Part shown: positions 37,335 to 48,789 of the stretch, piece after piece | How the letters are laid out: each line of letters begins with the position of its first letter | How positions within the stretch are numbered: position 1 is the first letter of the stretch | Assembly: GCF_018350175.1 (NCBI RefSeq) | Contig: NC_058368.1 | Location: 185,568,001 to 185,632,000, forward strand | Source: Felis catus | Lineage: Eukaryota | Length of the DNA stretch: 64,000 bases | Direction of reading: 5' to 3' | The notes under the pieces: generated by a model | Told to the model about the DNA's origin: nothing | What the model saw: only the letters and a program-made list of their open reading frames with translations | The model's database searches: none | Position numbers and translations under genes: made by a program

Positions 37335-40300
37335 TCAGATTCCACATAAGAGTGAAAACATATGGTATCTGGCTTTCTCTGTATGGCTTATTTCACTTAG
37401 CATCACACTCTCCAGTTCCATCCACGTTGCTACAAAGGGCCATATTTCATTCTTTCTCATTGCCATGTAGTACTCCATTGTGTATATAAACCACAATTTC
37501 TTTATCCATTCATCAGTTGATGGACATTTAGCCTCTTTCCACAATTTGGCTATTATTGAGAGTGCTGCTATAAACATTGGGGTACAAGTGCCCCTATGCA
37601 TCAGCACTCCTGTATCCCTTGGGTAAATTCCTAGCAGTGCTACTGCTGGGTAATAGGGTAGGTCTATTTTTAATTTTTTGAGGAACCTCCACACTGTTTT
37701 CCAGAGTGGCTGCACCAGTTTTCATTCCCACCAACAGTGTAAGGGAGTTCCCGTTACTCCACATGCTCTCCAACATCTATAGTCTCCAGATGTGTTCATT
37801 TTGGCCACTGTGACTGGCGTGAGGTGATATCTGAGTGTAGTTTTGATTTGTATTTCCCTGATGAGGAGCGATGTTGAGCATCTTTTCTTGTTTCTGTTGG
37901 CCATCTGGATGTCTTCTTTAAAGAAGTGTCTATTCATGTTTTCTGCCCATTTCTTCACGGGGTTATTTGTTTTTCGGGAGTGGAGTTTGGTGAGCTCTTC
38001 ATAGATTTTGGATACTAGCCCTTTGTCCAATACGTCCTTTGCAAATATCTCTTCCCATTCCGTTGGTTGCCTTTTAGTTTTGTTGATTGTTTCCTTTGCT
38101 GTGCAGAAGCTTTTTATCTTCATGAGGTCCCAATAGTTCATTTTTGCTTTTAGTTCCCTTGCTGTTGGGGCTGTGTCAAGTAAGAAATTGCTGCAGCTGA
38201 GGTCAGAGAGGTCTTTTCCTGATTTCTCCTCTAGGGTTTTGATGGTTTCCTGTCTCACAATCAGGTCCTTTATCCATTTTGAGTTTATTTTTGTGAATGG
38301 TGTGAGAAAGTGGTCTAGTTTCATTCTTCTGCATGTTGCTGTCCAGTTCTCCCAGCACCATTTGTTAAAGAAACTGTCTTTTTCCATTTGGATATTCTTT
38401 CCTGCTTTGTCAAAGATGAGTTGGCCATACTTCTGTGGGTCTAGTTCTGGGGTTTCTATTCTATTCCATTGGTCTATGTGTCTGTTTTTGTGCCAATACC
38501 ATGCTGTCTTGATGATGACAGCTTTGTAGTAGAGGCTAAAGTCTGGGATTGTGATGCCTCCCGCTTTGGTCTTCTGCTTCAAAATTACTTTGGCTATTCG
38601 GGGCATTTGTGGTTCCATATGAATTTCAGGATTGCTTGTTCTAGCTTTGAGAAGAATGCTGGTGCAATTTTGATTGTGATTGCATGAATGTGTAGATAGC
38701 TTTGGGTAGTATTGATATTTTCACAATATTTATTCTTCCAATCCATGAACACGGAATGTTTTTTTCCATTTCTTTATATCTTCTTCAATTTCCTTTATAA
38801 GCTTTCTATAGTTTTCAGCATACAGATCTTTTACATCTTTGGTTAGATTTATTCCTAGGTATTTTATGCTTCTTGGTGCAATTGTGAATGGGATCAGTTT
38901 CTTTATTTTTCTTTCTGTTGCTTCATTATTAGTGTATAAGAATGCAACTGATTTCTGTACATTGATTTTGTATCCTGCAACTTTGCTGAATTCATTTATC
39001 AGTTCTAGCAGACTTTTGGTGGAGTCTATCGGATTTTCCATGTATAATATCATGTCATCTGCAAGAAGTGAAAGCTTGACTTCATCTTTGCCAATTTTGA
39101 TGCCTTTGATTTCCTTTTGTTGTCTGATTGCTGATGCTAGAACTTCCAACACTATGTTAAACAACAGCGGTGAGAGTGGACATCCCTGTCATGTTCCTGA
39201 TCTCAGGGAAAAAGCTCTCAGTTTTTCCCCATTGAGTATTATGTTAGCTGTGGGCTTTTCATAAATGGCTTTTATGATGTTTCAGTATGTTCCTTCTATC
39301 CCGACTTTCTCGAGGGTTTTTATTAAGAAAGTTGCTGAATTTTGTCAAAGGCCTTTTCTGCATCGATTGACAGGATCATATGGTTCTTATCTTTTCTTTT
39401 ATTAATGTGATGTATCACATTGATTTGCAAATGTTGAACCAACCCTCATCCCAGGAATGAATCCCACTTGATCATGGTGAATAATTCTTTTTATATGCTG
39501 TTGAATTCGATTTGCTAGTATCTTACTGAGATTTTTTTGCCTCCATATTCATCAGGGATCCTGGCCTGTAGTTTTCTTTTTTTACTGGGTCTCTGTCTGG
39601 TTTAGGAATCAAAGTAATAATAGCTTCATAGAATGAGTCTGGAAGTTTTCCTTCCCTTTATATTTTTTGGAACAGCTTGAGAAGGATAGATATTATTTCT
39701 GCTTTAAATGTCTGGTAGAATTCCCCAGGGAAGCCATCTAGTCCTGGACACTTAATTGTTGGGATATTTTTGATAATTGATTCAATATCTTCACTGGTTA
39801 TGGGTCTGTTCAAGCTTTCTATTTCCTCCTGTTTGAGTTTTGGAAGTGTGTGGGTGTTTAGGAATTTGTCCATTTCTTCTAGGTTGTCCAGTTTGTTGGC
39901 AGATAATTTTTCATAGTATTCCCTGATAATTGCTTGTATTTCTGAGGGATTGGTTGTAATCATTCCATTTTCATTCATGATGTTATCTATTTGGGTCATC
40001 TCCCTTTTCTTTTTGAGATACCTGGCTAGAGGTTTATCAATTTTGTTTATTTTTTCAAAAAACCAACTCTTGGTTTCGTTGATCTGCTCTACAGTTTTTT
40101 TTTTGATTCTATATTATTTCTGCTCTGATCTTTATTATTTCTCTTCTTCTGCTGGGTTTGGGGTGTCTTTGCTGCTCTGCTTTTATTTCCTCTAGGTGTG
40201 CTGTTAGATTTTGTATTGGGGATTTTTCTTGTTTCTTGAGATAGGCCTGAATTGCAATGTATTTTCCTCTCAGGACTGCCTTCGCTGCATCCCAAAGCAT

Positions 40301-41384
40301 TTGGATTGTTGTATTTTCATTTTCATTTGTTTCCATATATTTTTTAATTTCTTCTCTAATTGCCTGGTTGACCCATTCATTCTTTAGTAGGGTGTTCTTT
40401 AACCTCCATGCCTTTGGAGGTTTTCCAGACTTTTTCCTGTGGTTGATTTCAAGCTTCATAGCATTGTGGTCTGAAAGTATGCATGGTATGATATCAAAAT
40501 CTTGAATGCTTATGAAGGGCTGTTTTGTGACCCAGTTTGTGATCTGTCTTGGAGAGTGTTCCATGTGCACTCGAGAAGAAAGTCTATTCTGTTGCTTTGA
40601 GATGCAGAGTTCTAAATAGATCTGTCAAGTCCATCTGATCCAATGTATCATGCAGGGCTCTTGTTTCTTTATTGACCATGTGTCTAGGTGATCTATCCAT
40701 TGTTGTAAGTGGGGTATTAAAGTCCCCTGCAATGACCACATTCTTGCCAAAGGTTGCTTATGTTTGTGAGTGATTGTTTTATATATTTGGGGGCTCCCGT
40801 ATTCAGCGCATAGACATTTATAATTGTTAGTTCTTCTTGATGGATACACCCTGTAATTATTATATAATGCCCTTCTTCATCTCTTGTTACAGCCTTTAAT
40901 TTAAAGTGTAGTTTGTTTAGGGGCGCCTGGGTGCCTCAGTCAGTTGGGCATCCGACTTCGGCTCAGGTCACGATCTCGTGGTCCGTGAGTTCGAGCCCCG
41001 CGTCGGGCTCTGTGCTGACTGCTCAGAGCCTGGAGCCTGTTTCAGATTCTGTGTCTCCCTCTCTCTCTGACCCTCCCCCGTTCTTGCTCTGTCTCTCTGT
41101 CTCAAAAATAAATAAACGTTAAAAGAATTTAAAGTCTAGTTTGTCTGATATAAGTGTGGCTACTCCAGCTTTCTTTTGACTTCCAGTAGCATGATAAATA
41201 GTTCTCCATCCCCTCACTTTCAATCTGAAAGTATTCTCAGGTTTAAAATGAATCTCTTGTAGATAGCAAATAGATGGGTCTTGTTTTTTTTTTTTATCCA
41301 TTCTGATACCCTATGTCTTTTGGTTGGTGGATTTAGTCCATTTACATTCAGTGTTATTATAGAAAGATATGGGTTTAAAGTCAT
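37335..41384 (-). pseudogene. L1 ORF2 (endonuclease / reverse transcriptase / Cys-rich), frameshifted and SINE-interrupted
   Basis: [52 protein letters not shown] (FADD changed to LADD), [13 protein letters not shown], all in separate ORF pieces. Confidence 0.95.
40920..41125 (+). mobile_element. Can-SINE inserted in the L1 ORF2 endonuclease region
   Basis: 19-bp TSD aatttaaagt(g/c)tagtttgt at 40898-40916 and 41126-41144. Confidence 0.96.
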
Positions 41385-41434
41385 TGTAATGTCTGTAGTT
41401 TTCATGCTTGTAGCTATGTCTCTGGTACTTGGTC

Positions 41435-42317
41435 TCACAGGATCCCCCTTAGGATCTCTTGTAGGGTTGGTTTAGTGGTGACAAATTCCTTCAGTTTTTG
41501 TTTGTTTGGGAAGACCTTTATCTCTCCTTCTATTCTAAATGACAGACTTGCTGGATAAAGGATTCTCGGCTGCATATTTTTCCTGTTCATCACATTGACG
41601 ATCTTCTGCCATTCTTTTCTGGCCTGCCAAGTTTCAAAAGAGAGATCAGTCACGAGTCTTATAAGTCTCCCTTTATATGTTAGAGCACGTTTATCCCTAG
41701 CTGCTTTCAGAATTTTCTCTTTATCCTTGTATTTTGCCAGTTTCACTATGATATGTCATGCAGAAGATCAATTCAAGTTACGTCTGAAGGGAGATCTCTG
41801 TGCCTCTTGGATTTCAATGCCTTTTTCCTTCCTCAGATCGGGAAGTTCTCAGTTATTATTTCTTCAAGTACCCCTTCAGCACCTTTCCCTCTTCCTCCTC
41901 TGGAATACCAATTATGTGTAGATTATTTCTCTTTAGTACATCACTTAGTTCTCTAATTTTCCCCTCATACTCCTGGATTTTTTTTTATCTCTCTTTTTCT
42001 CAGCTTCTTTTTCCATAATTTTATTTTCTAGTTCACCTATTCTCTCTTCTGCCTCTTCACCCCGAGCTGTGGTCATCTCCATTTTATTTTGCAGCCATTA
42101 ATAGCATTTTTTAGCTCTTCCTGGCTGTTCCTTAGTGCCCTGATCTCTGTAGCAATAGATTCTCTGCTATCCTTTATACTGTTTTCAAGCCCAGCGATTA
42201 ATTTTATGACTATTATTCTAAATTCACTTTCTGTTATATTGTTTAAATCATTTTTGATCAGTTCATTAGCTGTCATTTCCTGGAGTTTTTTTGAGGGGAA
42301 TTCTTCCGTTTCGTCAT
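41435..42317 (-). pseudogene. L1 ORF1, frameshifted
   Basis: EFRIIVIKLIAGLE coiled-coil piece; C-terminal KILKAARDKR...QPRILYPASLSF...PTLQEILRGIL. Confidence 0.92.
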
Positions 42318-43238
42318 TTTGGGTAGTCCCTGGAGTGGTGCGGGACTGCTGGGCACTTCCCCTATGCTGTCTTGAATAACTTGCGTTGGTGGGTGGGGCC
42401 ACAGTCAGACCTGATGTCTGCCCCCTGCCCACCGCTGGGGCCACAGTCAGACTGGTGTGTACCTTCTCTTCCCCTCTCCTAGGGGTGGAGTTCACTGTGG
42501 GGTGGCGTGGCCCGTCGGCTACTTGCACACTGCCAGGCTTGTGGTGCTGGAGATCTGGTGTATTAGCTGGGGTGGATCGGCAAGGTGCACAGGGGCTGGA
42601 GGGGCACGCTCAGCTCACTTTTCCTTTGGTGATCCGCTTGTGGGGGGGGCCCTGCAGCACCAGGAGGGAGTCAGACCCACCACCGGAGGGATGGATCCAC
42701 AGAAGCACAGCTTGGGGTGTTTGCACGGTGCAAGCAAGTTCCCTGGCAGGAACCGGTTCCCTTTGGGATTTTGGCTGGGGGATGGGCAAGGGAGATGGAG
42801 GTGGCGAGTGCCTTTGTTCGCCGCTAAGCTGCGCTCTGTTTTCTGGGGCTCAACCACTCTCTTTCCCGTTGTCCTCCAGCCTTCCCGCTCTCCGAGAAGA
42901 GCTGTTAACTTATAGCCTTCCAGATGTTAAGCCCCGCTTGCTGCCCGAACACAGTCCATCCATCCCCTCTGCTTTTGCAAGCCAGACTTGGGGGCTCTGC
43001 TTTGCCGGAGGGCTGCCCCTCCGCTCCGGCTCCCTCCCACCAGTCTATGTAGCGTGCACCGCCTCTCTGCCCTTCCTACCCTCTTCCGTGGGCCTCTTGT
43101 CTGTGCTTGGCTCCAGAGAATCCATTCTCCTGGTCTTCTGGTGGTTTTCTGGGTTATTTAGGCAGGTGTGGGTGGAATCTAAGTGATCAGCAGGACCCGG
43201 TGAGCCCAGCGTCCTCCTACGCCGCCATCTTCTGCTCT
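42318..43238 (-). promoter_or_regulatory. L1 5'UTR internal promoter with YY1-type site
   Basis: GC/CpG-rich; AAGATGGCGGC (plus strand gccgccatctt, 43221-43231) at the element 5' end. Confidence 0.8.
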
Positions 43239-43979
43239 AGATAGGAGTTTAAAAGGAAAGAAGACAACTTCACTTTTGGGATGGCAGTGTTCCTATTCTG
43301 CAGAAAAAGAAGAAAAACACACAAACCTGGTGAAAATTCAAAACACAAGGAATCATTTAAAGTCTTAAGAAATTGTATTATATGCATACAGAAATGCAGA
43401 AACACTTATTTGAGAAAAGATATTAAAAGTAAGAAAAGCAAGAGTATGGCACGTGGGCTGTGATCCATTTTCTACCTTTCCCTTCCCCTGTCTGTTGGAA
43501 GCTCTACTACACCTAAGTCTATAGGGAGATGGGGTTAAGAAGATAGGGCTTCATGTCCCCTGAGCTTTGAATCAAGGCCTACCATATCTCACTGTGAGGG
43601 GCAAAATTCCAGCCCTTCTAATCTCCTCCAATTCCTGATTGAAGAGGCTACATTCACAGGGAACACAACTGAGCATGCAAGAGCTCCCTTCCTCCATCTA
43701 TCTTTACTCACAGGGCATGGCCTCTGCCTCAGGCATGGAAGGCTGAGAATATTGTAATCCAAACAGCCTTGCCCCAGCTCAATCCTAAAGCCAAGGTTCC
43801 ATTCAGGAAGATCAAAATTAGGAAGACTAGAGGTTACTGCTCCCCTCAAAGCCCTGTATGGTGCCACAGAAAATTTGCTCAAGCGAAGAGGTAGCCCTTA
43901 AGAAAAGGGAGTACAACAAAGCTCTCACAATATGAACTCATGTTATTTGAAACAACTATAGGGAGATTAAAGCCCATGA

Positions 43980-45900
43980 ATACTTTCAAAGGTAATAGCT
44001 CCTCCTAATTATGCAATGTGATATTTAATAGTGGATGTATGTCATCATACTTTTGTCTAAACTCCTAAAATGTACCACAGTAACAGTGACTCTTAAGATA
44101 AACTATAGACTTTTCGTGACTATGATGTATCAATGTAGGTTAAGCCTTGGTTTATACATATCTATAGATTTCTCTATCTATTATATAGATAGACGTACAG
44201 GTATCTATAGGTATCTATCTGTCTATCTATCTATAGTTTTATACACAGAAATACACACACATATACATCTATACTTTTCTGGTGAGTGATATTGATAATA
44301 AGTCTCTATGATAAGGCTTATAAGATTAGTTGTATATGACAAACCCTAGAGGAACCCCTAGAAAGTAACCAAAAAACATAGTGAAAAAAAATCATTACAT
44401 GAATTAAAATGTTATACTTGAAAACACTTAATGCAAAATAAATACAGGAGAAAGAGGAACAAAAAAGCCATTAAACATTAAAAAAAGTAAAATAATAAAT
44501 TCAACTATATAAGAAGCATTACTTGTGAATAGGCTAATCAACAGAGCATATTGAACTGGATTAGAACAAAAAACTGATCCAATTATGTGCTGTCTACAAC
44601 CACACTTTTAAAAAATAGAAATAGATTGAATGGAAAGTACCATGCAAACTGCAGTGGGAGTGCCTATAGTAACATCAGGCAAAATTGACTTTAAAATTAA
44701 AGAAAAAAAGGTTACTAGAGATAAAATGCAATATTTTATAGTGAAAATTGGGTCAAACTATCAGGTTATAAAAATTATAACCATTTAAGCAATAGACCAT
44801 GGAGTCTCAAAATACACGAAGCAAAAGAAAATAGAACAGAATAGAGGAGATAAATAGGTGGCAATAGTCAGATTTAAGAACTCCACTTTCAGTAATGGAT
44901 AGCATACCTAGAAGAAATGGAGGTCTTGAACAACGTTGGGCACAAACTAGATAGACCTAACAGACATATTTAATACTCCATCAAACAAGAGAATACACAT
45001 TTTTTTATTTAAAGTTTTGTTTTTTTTTTTTTTTTTTTTAAATTTTAGAGGCAGAGAGAGAATCCCAAGCAGGCTCCACACTGCCAGCCTGGAGCTCAGC
45101 GTGGGGTTAGAACTCACAAACCATGAGATCATGACCTGAGCCAAAATCAAGAGTCAGATGCTTAACTGATTGGGCCACCCAGGCATCCCAAGTGAATACA
45201 TATTCTTAAATGCACATGGAACATTACATAGGACAGATCCTGTGGTAGGCTAGTGATAACTCTTAAGTATAAAATGTATTGAAATTCTATATTTTTTGTG
45301 CCACTATGGACTGATATTAGAAATCAGTATCTGAAAAAAAACTGGAAAACTCACAAATGTGGAAATTAAACACATTCATAAATAATCAGTGAGTCAAAGA
45401 GGAAATCATAAGGGAAATTAGAAAATCCCTGGAGGCTAATGAAAATAAAGATACAACATATTGAAACATGTGGGTTGCAGCCAATGCAGGGCTTAGAGGC
45501 AAACCGATAACCATAAATAAAGACAGAAGAAATCTCTCAAATCAAAAACTGAATTCTCAGCCTGAAGACCTTGGAAAAAGAAGTTAGAAACCCTGAAAAA
45601 GTGAAAGGAATGAAATAGAGTGAAAATTAATGAAATAGAAGGGAAAAATAATAGACAAAATTCAATGAAGTAAGTTGGTTGAAAAGATGGACAAAACTGA
45701 AAAACTTGTAGCTAAATCGAGCAAGAAAAAGAAGACTCAAATTGCTAAAATCAGTAACAAAAGTGGGGACATTATTACCAACTTCACCGAAATAAAAAAG
45801 ATAACAGAATGTTTTGAATGAATATAGACCAACAAATTCTAAAACCTTGATGAAATGGGTAAATGGCTAGAACGCTACATAACTCAAAACCAAGGAATAA
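43980..45900 (+). mobile_element. Ancient L1M fragments (3'UTR piece, then ORF2 5' region)
   Basis: tgatgtatcaatgtaggtt; tgctgtctaca...gaaagtaccatgcaaac; gacctaacagacat; ggggacattattacc. Confidence 0.7.
45001..45189 (-). mobile_element. Can-SINE nested in old L1
   Basis: Reverse SINE; TSD gaatacacatt/gaatacatatt. Confidence 0.9.
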
Positions 45901-45950
45901 GTTTCTAGGAGGCATTTCAGTGTCTGGATTCCAGTTCTTCAGAATCTTTA

Positions 45951-46162
45951 TTATTTTTACTATTTTTTTAATGTTGATTTTTGAGAGAGGGAGGGAGGGA
46001 GGCAGGCAGAGAGCAAGGGACACATGGAATCTGAAGCAGACTTCAGGCTCTGAGCTGTCAGCAGAGAGCAGAGAGCCTGATGTGGAGGTGGAATTGATGA
46101 ACTGTGAGATCATGATCTGAGCCAAAGTCAAACTCTTAACCAATGGAACTAACCAGGTGCCC
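45951..46162 (-). mobile_element. Can-SINE
   Basis: Perfect 20-bp TSD ccagttcttcagaatcttta at 45931-45950 and 46172-46191. Confidence 0.93.
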
Positions 46163-47336
46163 TCCCCCCTGCCAGTTCTTCAGAATCTTTAAAACAGACT
46201 GCTTAGTGATTAAAATTCAGTAAATGGAGAGTTGAATTTTACCTCCCATGCAGAGTATGAACTTCTGATCATCCGTGCTAACCTAGTTTTGTGTGCTAAC
46301 CCTTGAAGTGTGTAATAATGAGAAGCAATGAAGGAATACTTAAACAGACCTGAGGTCTATGTACTGCACTGTATTCTTCAGCAATTATAATCTAGTCCTC
46401 ATTTGTTGTCTATAGTCTGTCATTTCCTCAGAGCCTTACTTAAGTTCTGATTCCCTCAATTTTAATGTCCTTCTGATAATTCCTATCCAACCTGTCAAAG
46501 ACCACTTTGTGCTCTGAATGTTACCTGATCCTTCTAAGCTGACCTAAATTTTTCCTCTCTGCATGTCGCAACTCTTCTGTTACTTTTGTATTACTTAGAG
46601 TTTAAGCACAGTACACTTTTGTTGGAGTTGTATTCATGACCGTTTCATGCTGTACATTATGTCAGGAAAGTGGGGACAGTTCTTAATCATTTCCCTTCTC
46701 TTTACAACTTCCATTCCCAGATACACTATAGATATCTGGCATATATCAAGATGAAAATAATGAACTTTTAAAGTATCAGCATGAAAATAGAAATGCTAAA
46801 AAAGTTTTAAAGATTCTTGCATCACCAAGGTTCCCCACCATTACCAGGAAGATTGGTTTGCCGTATCAACAACGAATACCTCGTTGATTTTAGCAGGCTG
46901 GGAAAAATTGGGGCAATTTTTTTCCAGACAGATATCAGTAGGAACAGTAATACCTAACAGGCACCGTGCTAAGCTTCACATACTGTGTCTCTTGTGATTC
47001 TTACTATTTCAGCTTTCCTTCTTATGAATGAGACTCAGAAGATTAAGCAGCTCACCCATGCTTTTTCAGTCAAATAGGAATGGGTATCATATATGAGCCC
47101 TGGTGGGTCTGATTTCTTAACCACTTCAAAAATTCATTGTTTTTTAGGGCATATTTACCAGTGCAGAAAAAACCAGGGTTATTCTAGGATGAAATGCAAA
47201 TGTTTGCTTGAGCTTCTGATTTCTTGTCTGGGTCAATTTGCCTTCACAAATGAAAACAGTAATGATTTCCAGATGAGCAGAGTAGTTCAGAATAGATTGT
47301 GACACACAGTTTTCTGGATTTTCTCCCTTTTCCCAG

Positions 47337-47427
47337 GACTATATCAATTTACTTTGATGTTGCATTAGCAATCATACTTTGGCAGCTTCATTTGTATTAC
47401 ACACATGTCCTTTTATGAAATAATAAG
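47337..47427 (+). other. Candidate non-coding or pseudo-exon (91 nt)
   Basis: Strong acceptor ttttctcccttttcccag|G and donor AAG|gtgaga; stops in all three frames. Confidence 0.3.
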
Positions 47428-47839
47428 GTGAGAAAATTATGATTACAGGATGTCTTCAGTAATAGACACTTGAAAACTGGAACATCTATCAAGTGTTGCC
47501 ATATCCCTAATTAAAAAGTTTCTTGGATTTATAGAAAAAGGCTTGCTGAGAACTAAGATGGTTTTCCACCTGCCCTGGCATATTTTAATCATATGCCTGG
47601 TACATGTTCAAAGAATAATGGAAAAAGCTATTTCTAAAAAATCTGGAAGCAAAAAACAAATATGTTTTAACAAAACATATGTCAAAAATAAATGTAAATT
47701 TGGAGTGTAGTTTAATCCCCAGTGTGGCATAGTGAGGAAGATGTATACATTGGAGCTGGAGGACCATCTTTAAATCCCAGCTTTCCTACTTACTAGCTAT
47801 GTAATCCAGAGAAAGTCATTCAATTGCCTGGACTCTCTT

Positions 47840-48064
47840 TTTTTTTTTTAATTTTTTTTCAATGTTTATTTATTTTTGGGACAGAGAGAGACAGAGCATG
47901 AACGGGGGAGGGGCAGAGAGAGAGAGGGAGACACAGAATCGGAAACAGGCTCCAGGCTCTGAGCCATCAGCCCAGAGCCCGACGCGGGGCTTGAACTCAC
48001 GGACCGCGAGATCGTGACCTGGCTGAAGTCGGACGCTTAAGCGACTGCGCCACTCAGGCGCCCC
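47840..48064 (-). mobile_element. Young felid Can-SINE nested in MIR
   Basis: Near-consensus; long T tail; flank ctctttttttt on both sides. Confidence 0.96.
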
Positions 48065-48275
48065 TCTTTTTTTTAATTTATTTAAAAGATAATTATACTT
48101 GCTTTAAATGTTTTTCATAGAGATTAAGTAAAAAAGTCTTAGTTCAATACCTGAAATAATAACAAATTTGTTAAATCTTTGATAACTTTTTGGAGAGTTA
48201 AACAGCAAAATACCCAGTTATTGATGCCGATGAGAATTATTAAATATATATGAATATGTATATAAGATATACATA

Positions 48276-48703
48276 CAGGCATTGCTCAGAAATCCTGTAG
48301 GTTCTGACCACCTCAATCAAATGAACATCACACTAAAATGAGTCAAATGAAACTTTTGGCTTTCCAGTGCACATACAAGTAAGTTTACACTATACTATAT
48401 TAGGTGTACAAATGTATTATGTCTAAAAAACCAATATACATATCTTCATTAAAAAAATGCTTTACTGCTAAAAAGGGCTATCATCTGAGCTTTTTCCAAG
48501 GCATAATCACTAGTTACAGTTTACCATAACAAATACAATGAAAAAGTTGGTAATATTGCAAGAATTATCAAAATGTGACACAGAATGAAGTGAGCAAATG
48601 CTTTTGGAAAAATGGTGCCAACAGACTTGATTAATGCAGGGTTGCCACAAACTTCCTTGTGTTAAAAAAAAACTTCAAAGTACAATAATATAGAGTATGC
48701 CTG
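48276..48703. mobile_element. Tigger1 internal-deletion derivative (Tigger1a-like)
   Basis: TIRs caggcat.../...atgcctg, TA at left; both Tigger1 end sequences joined. Confidence 0.85.
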
Positions 48704-48789
48704 TTTATGATAAATATATGCTGTTTTGTAATTATATACAATAACACACATGTGTATATATACTTAAAAAGGTAAGAAGGCTTTTTAAT

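Larger units (their letters stand above)
37075..43238 (-). mobile_element. Full-length felid LINE-1, inactivated
   Basis: CpG-rich 5'UTR, ORF1 and ORF2 fragments, G-rich 3'UTR, AATAAA and (TAAA)n tail; degenerate TSD (atagacagttt / ataggagttt). Confidence 0.97.

Noticed and set aside
38173..40505. + strand ORFs within the L1 body
   Set aside because: Routine antisense shadows of ORF2.
37335..42317. Active L1
   Set aside because: Multiple frameshifts, a SINE insertion and an altered FADD motif.
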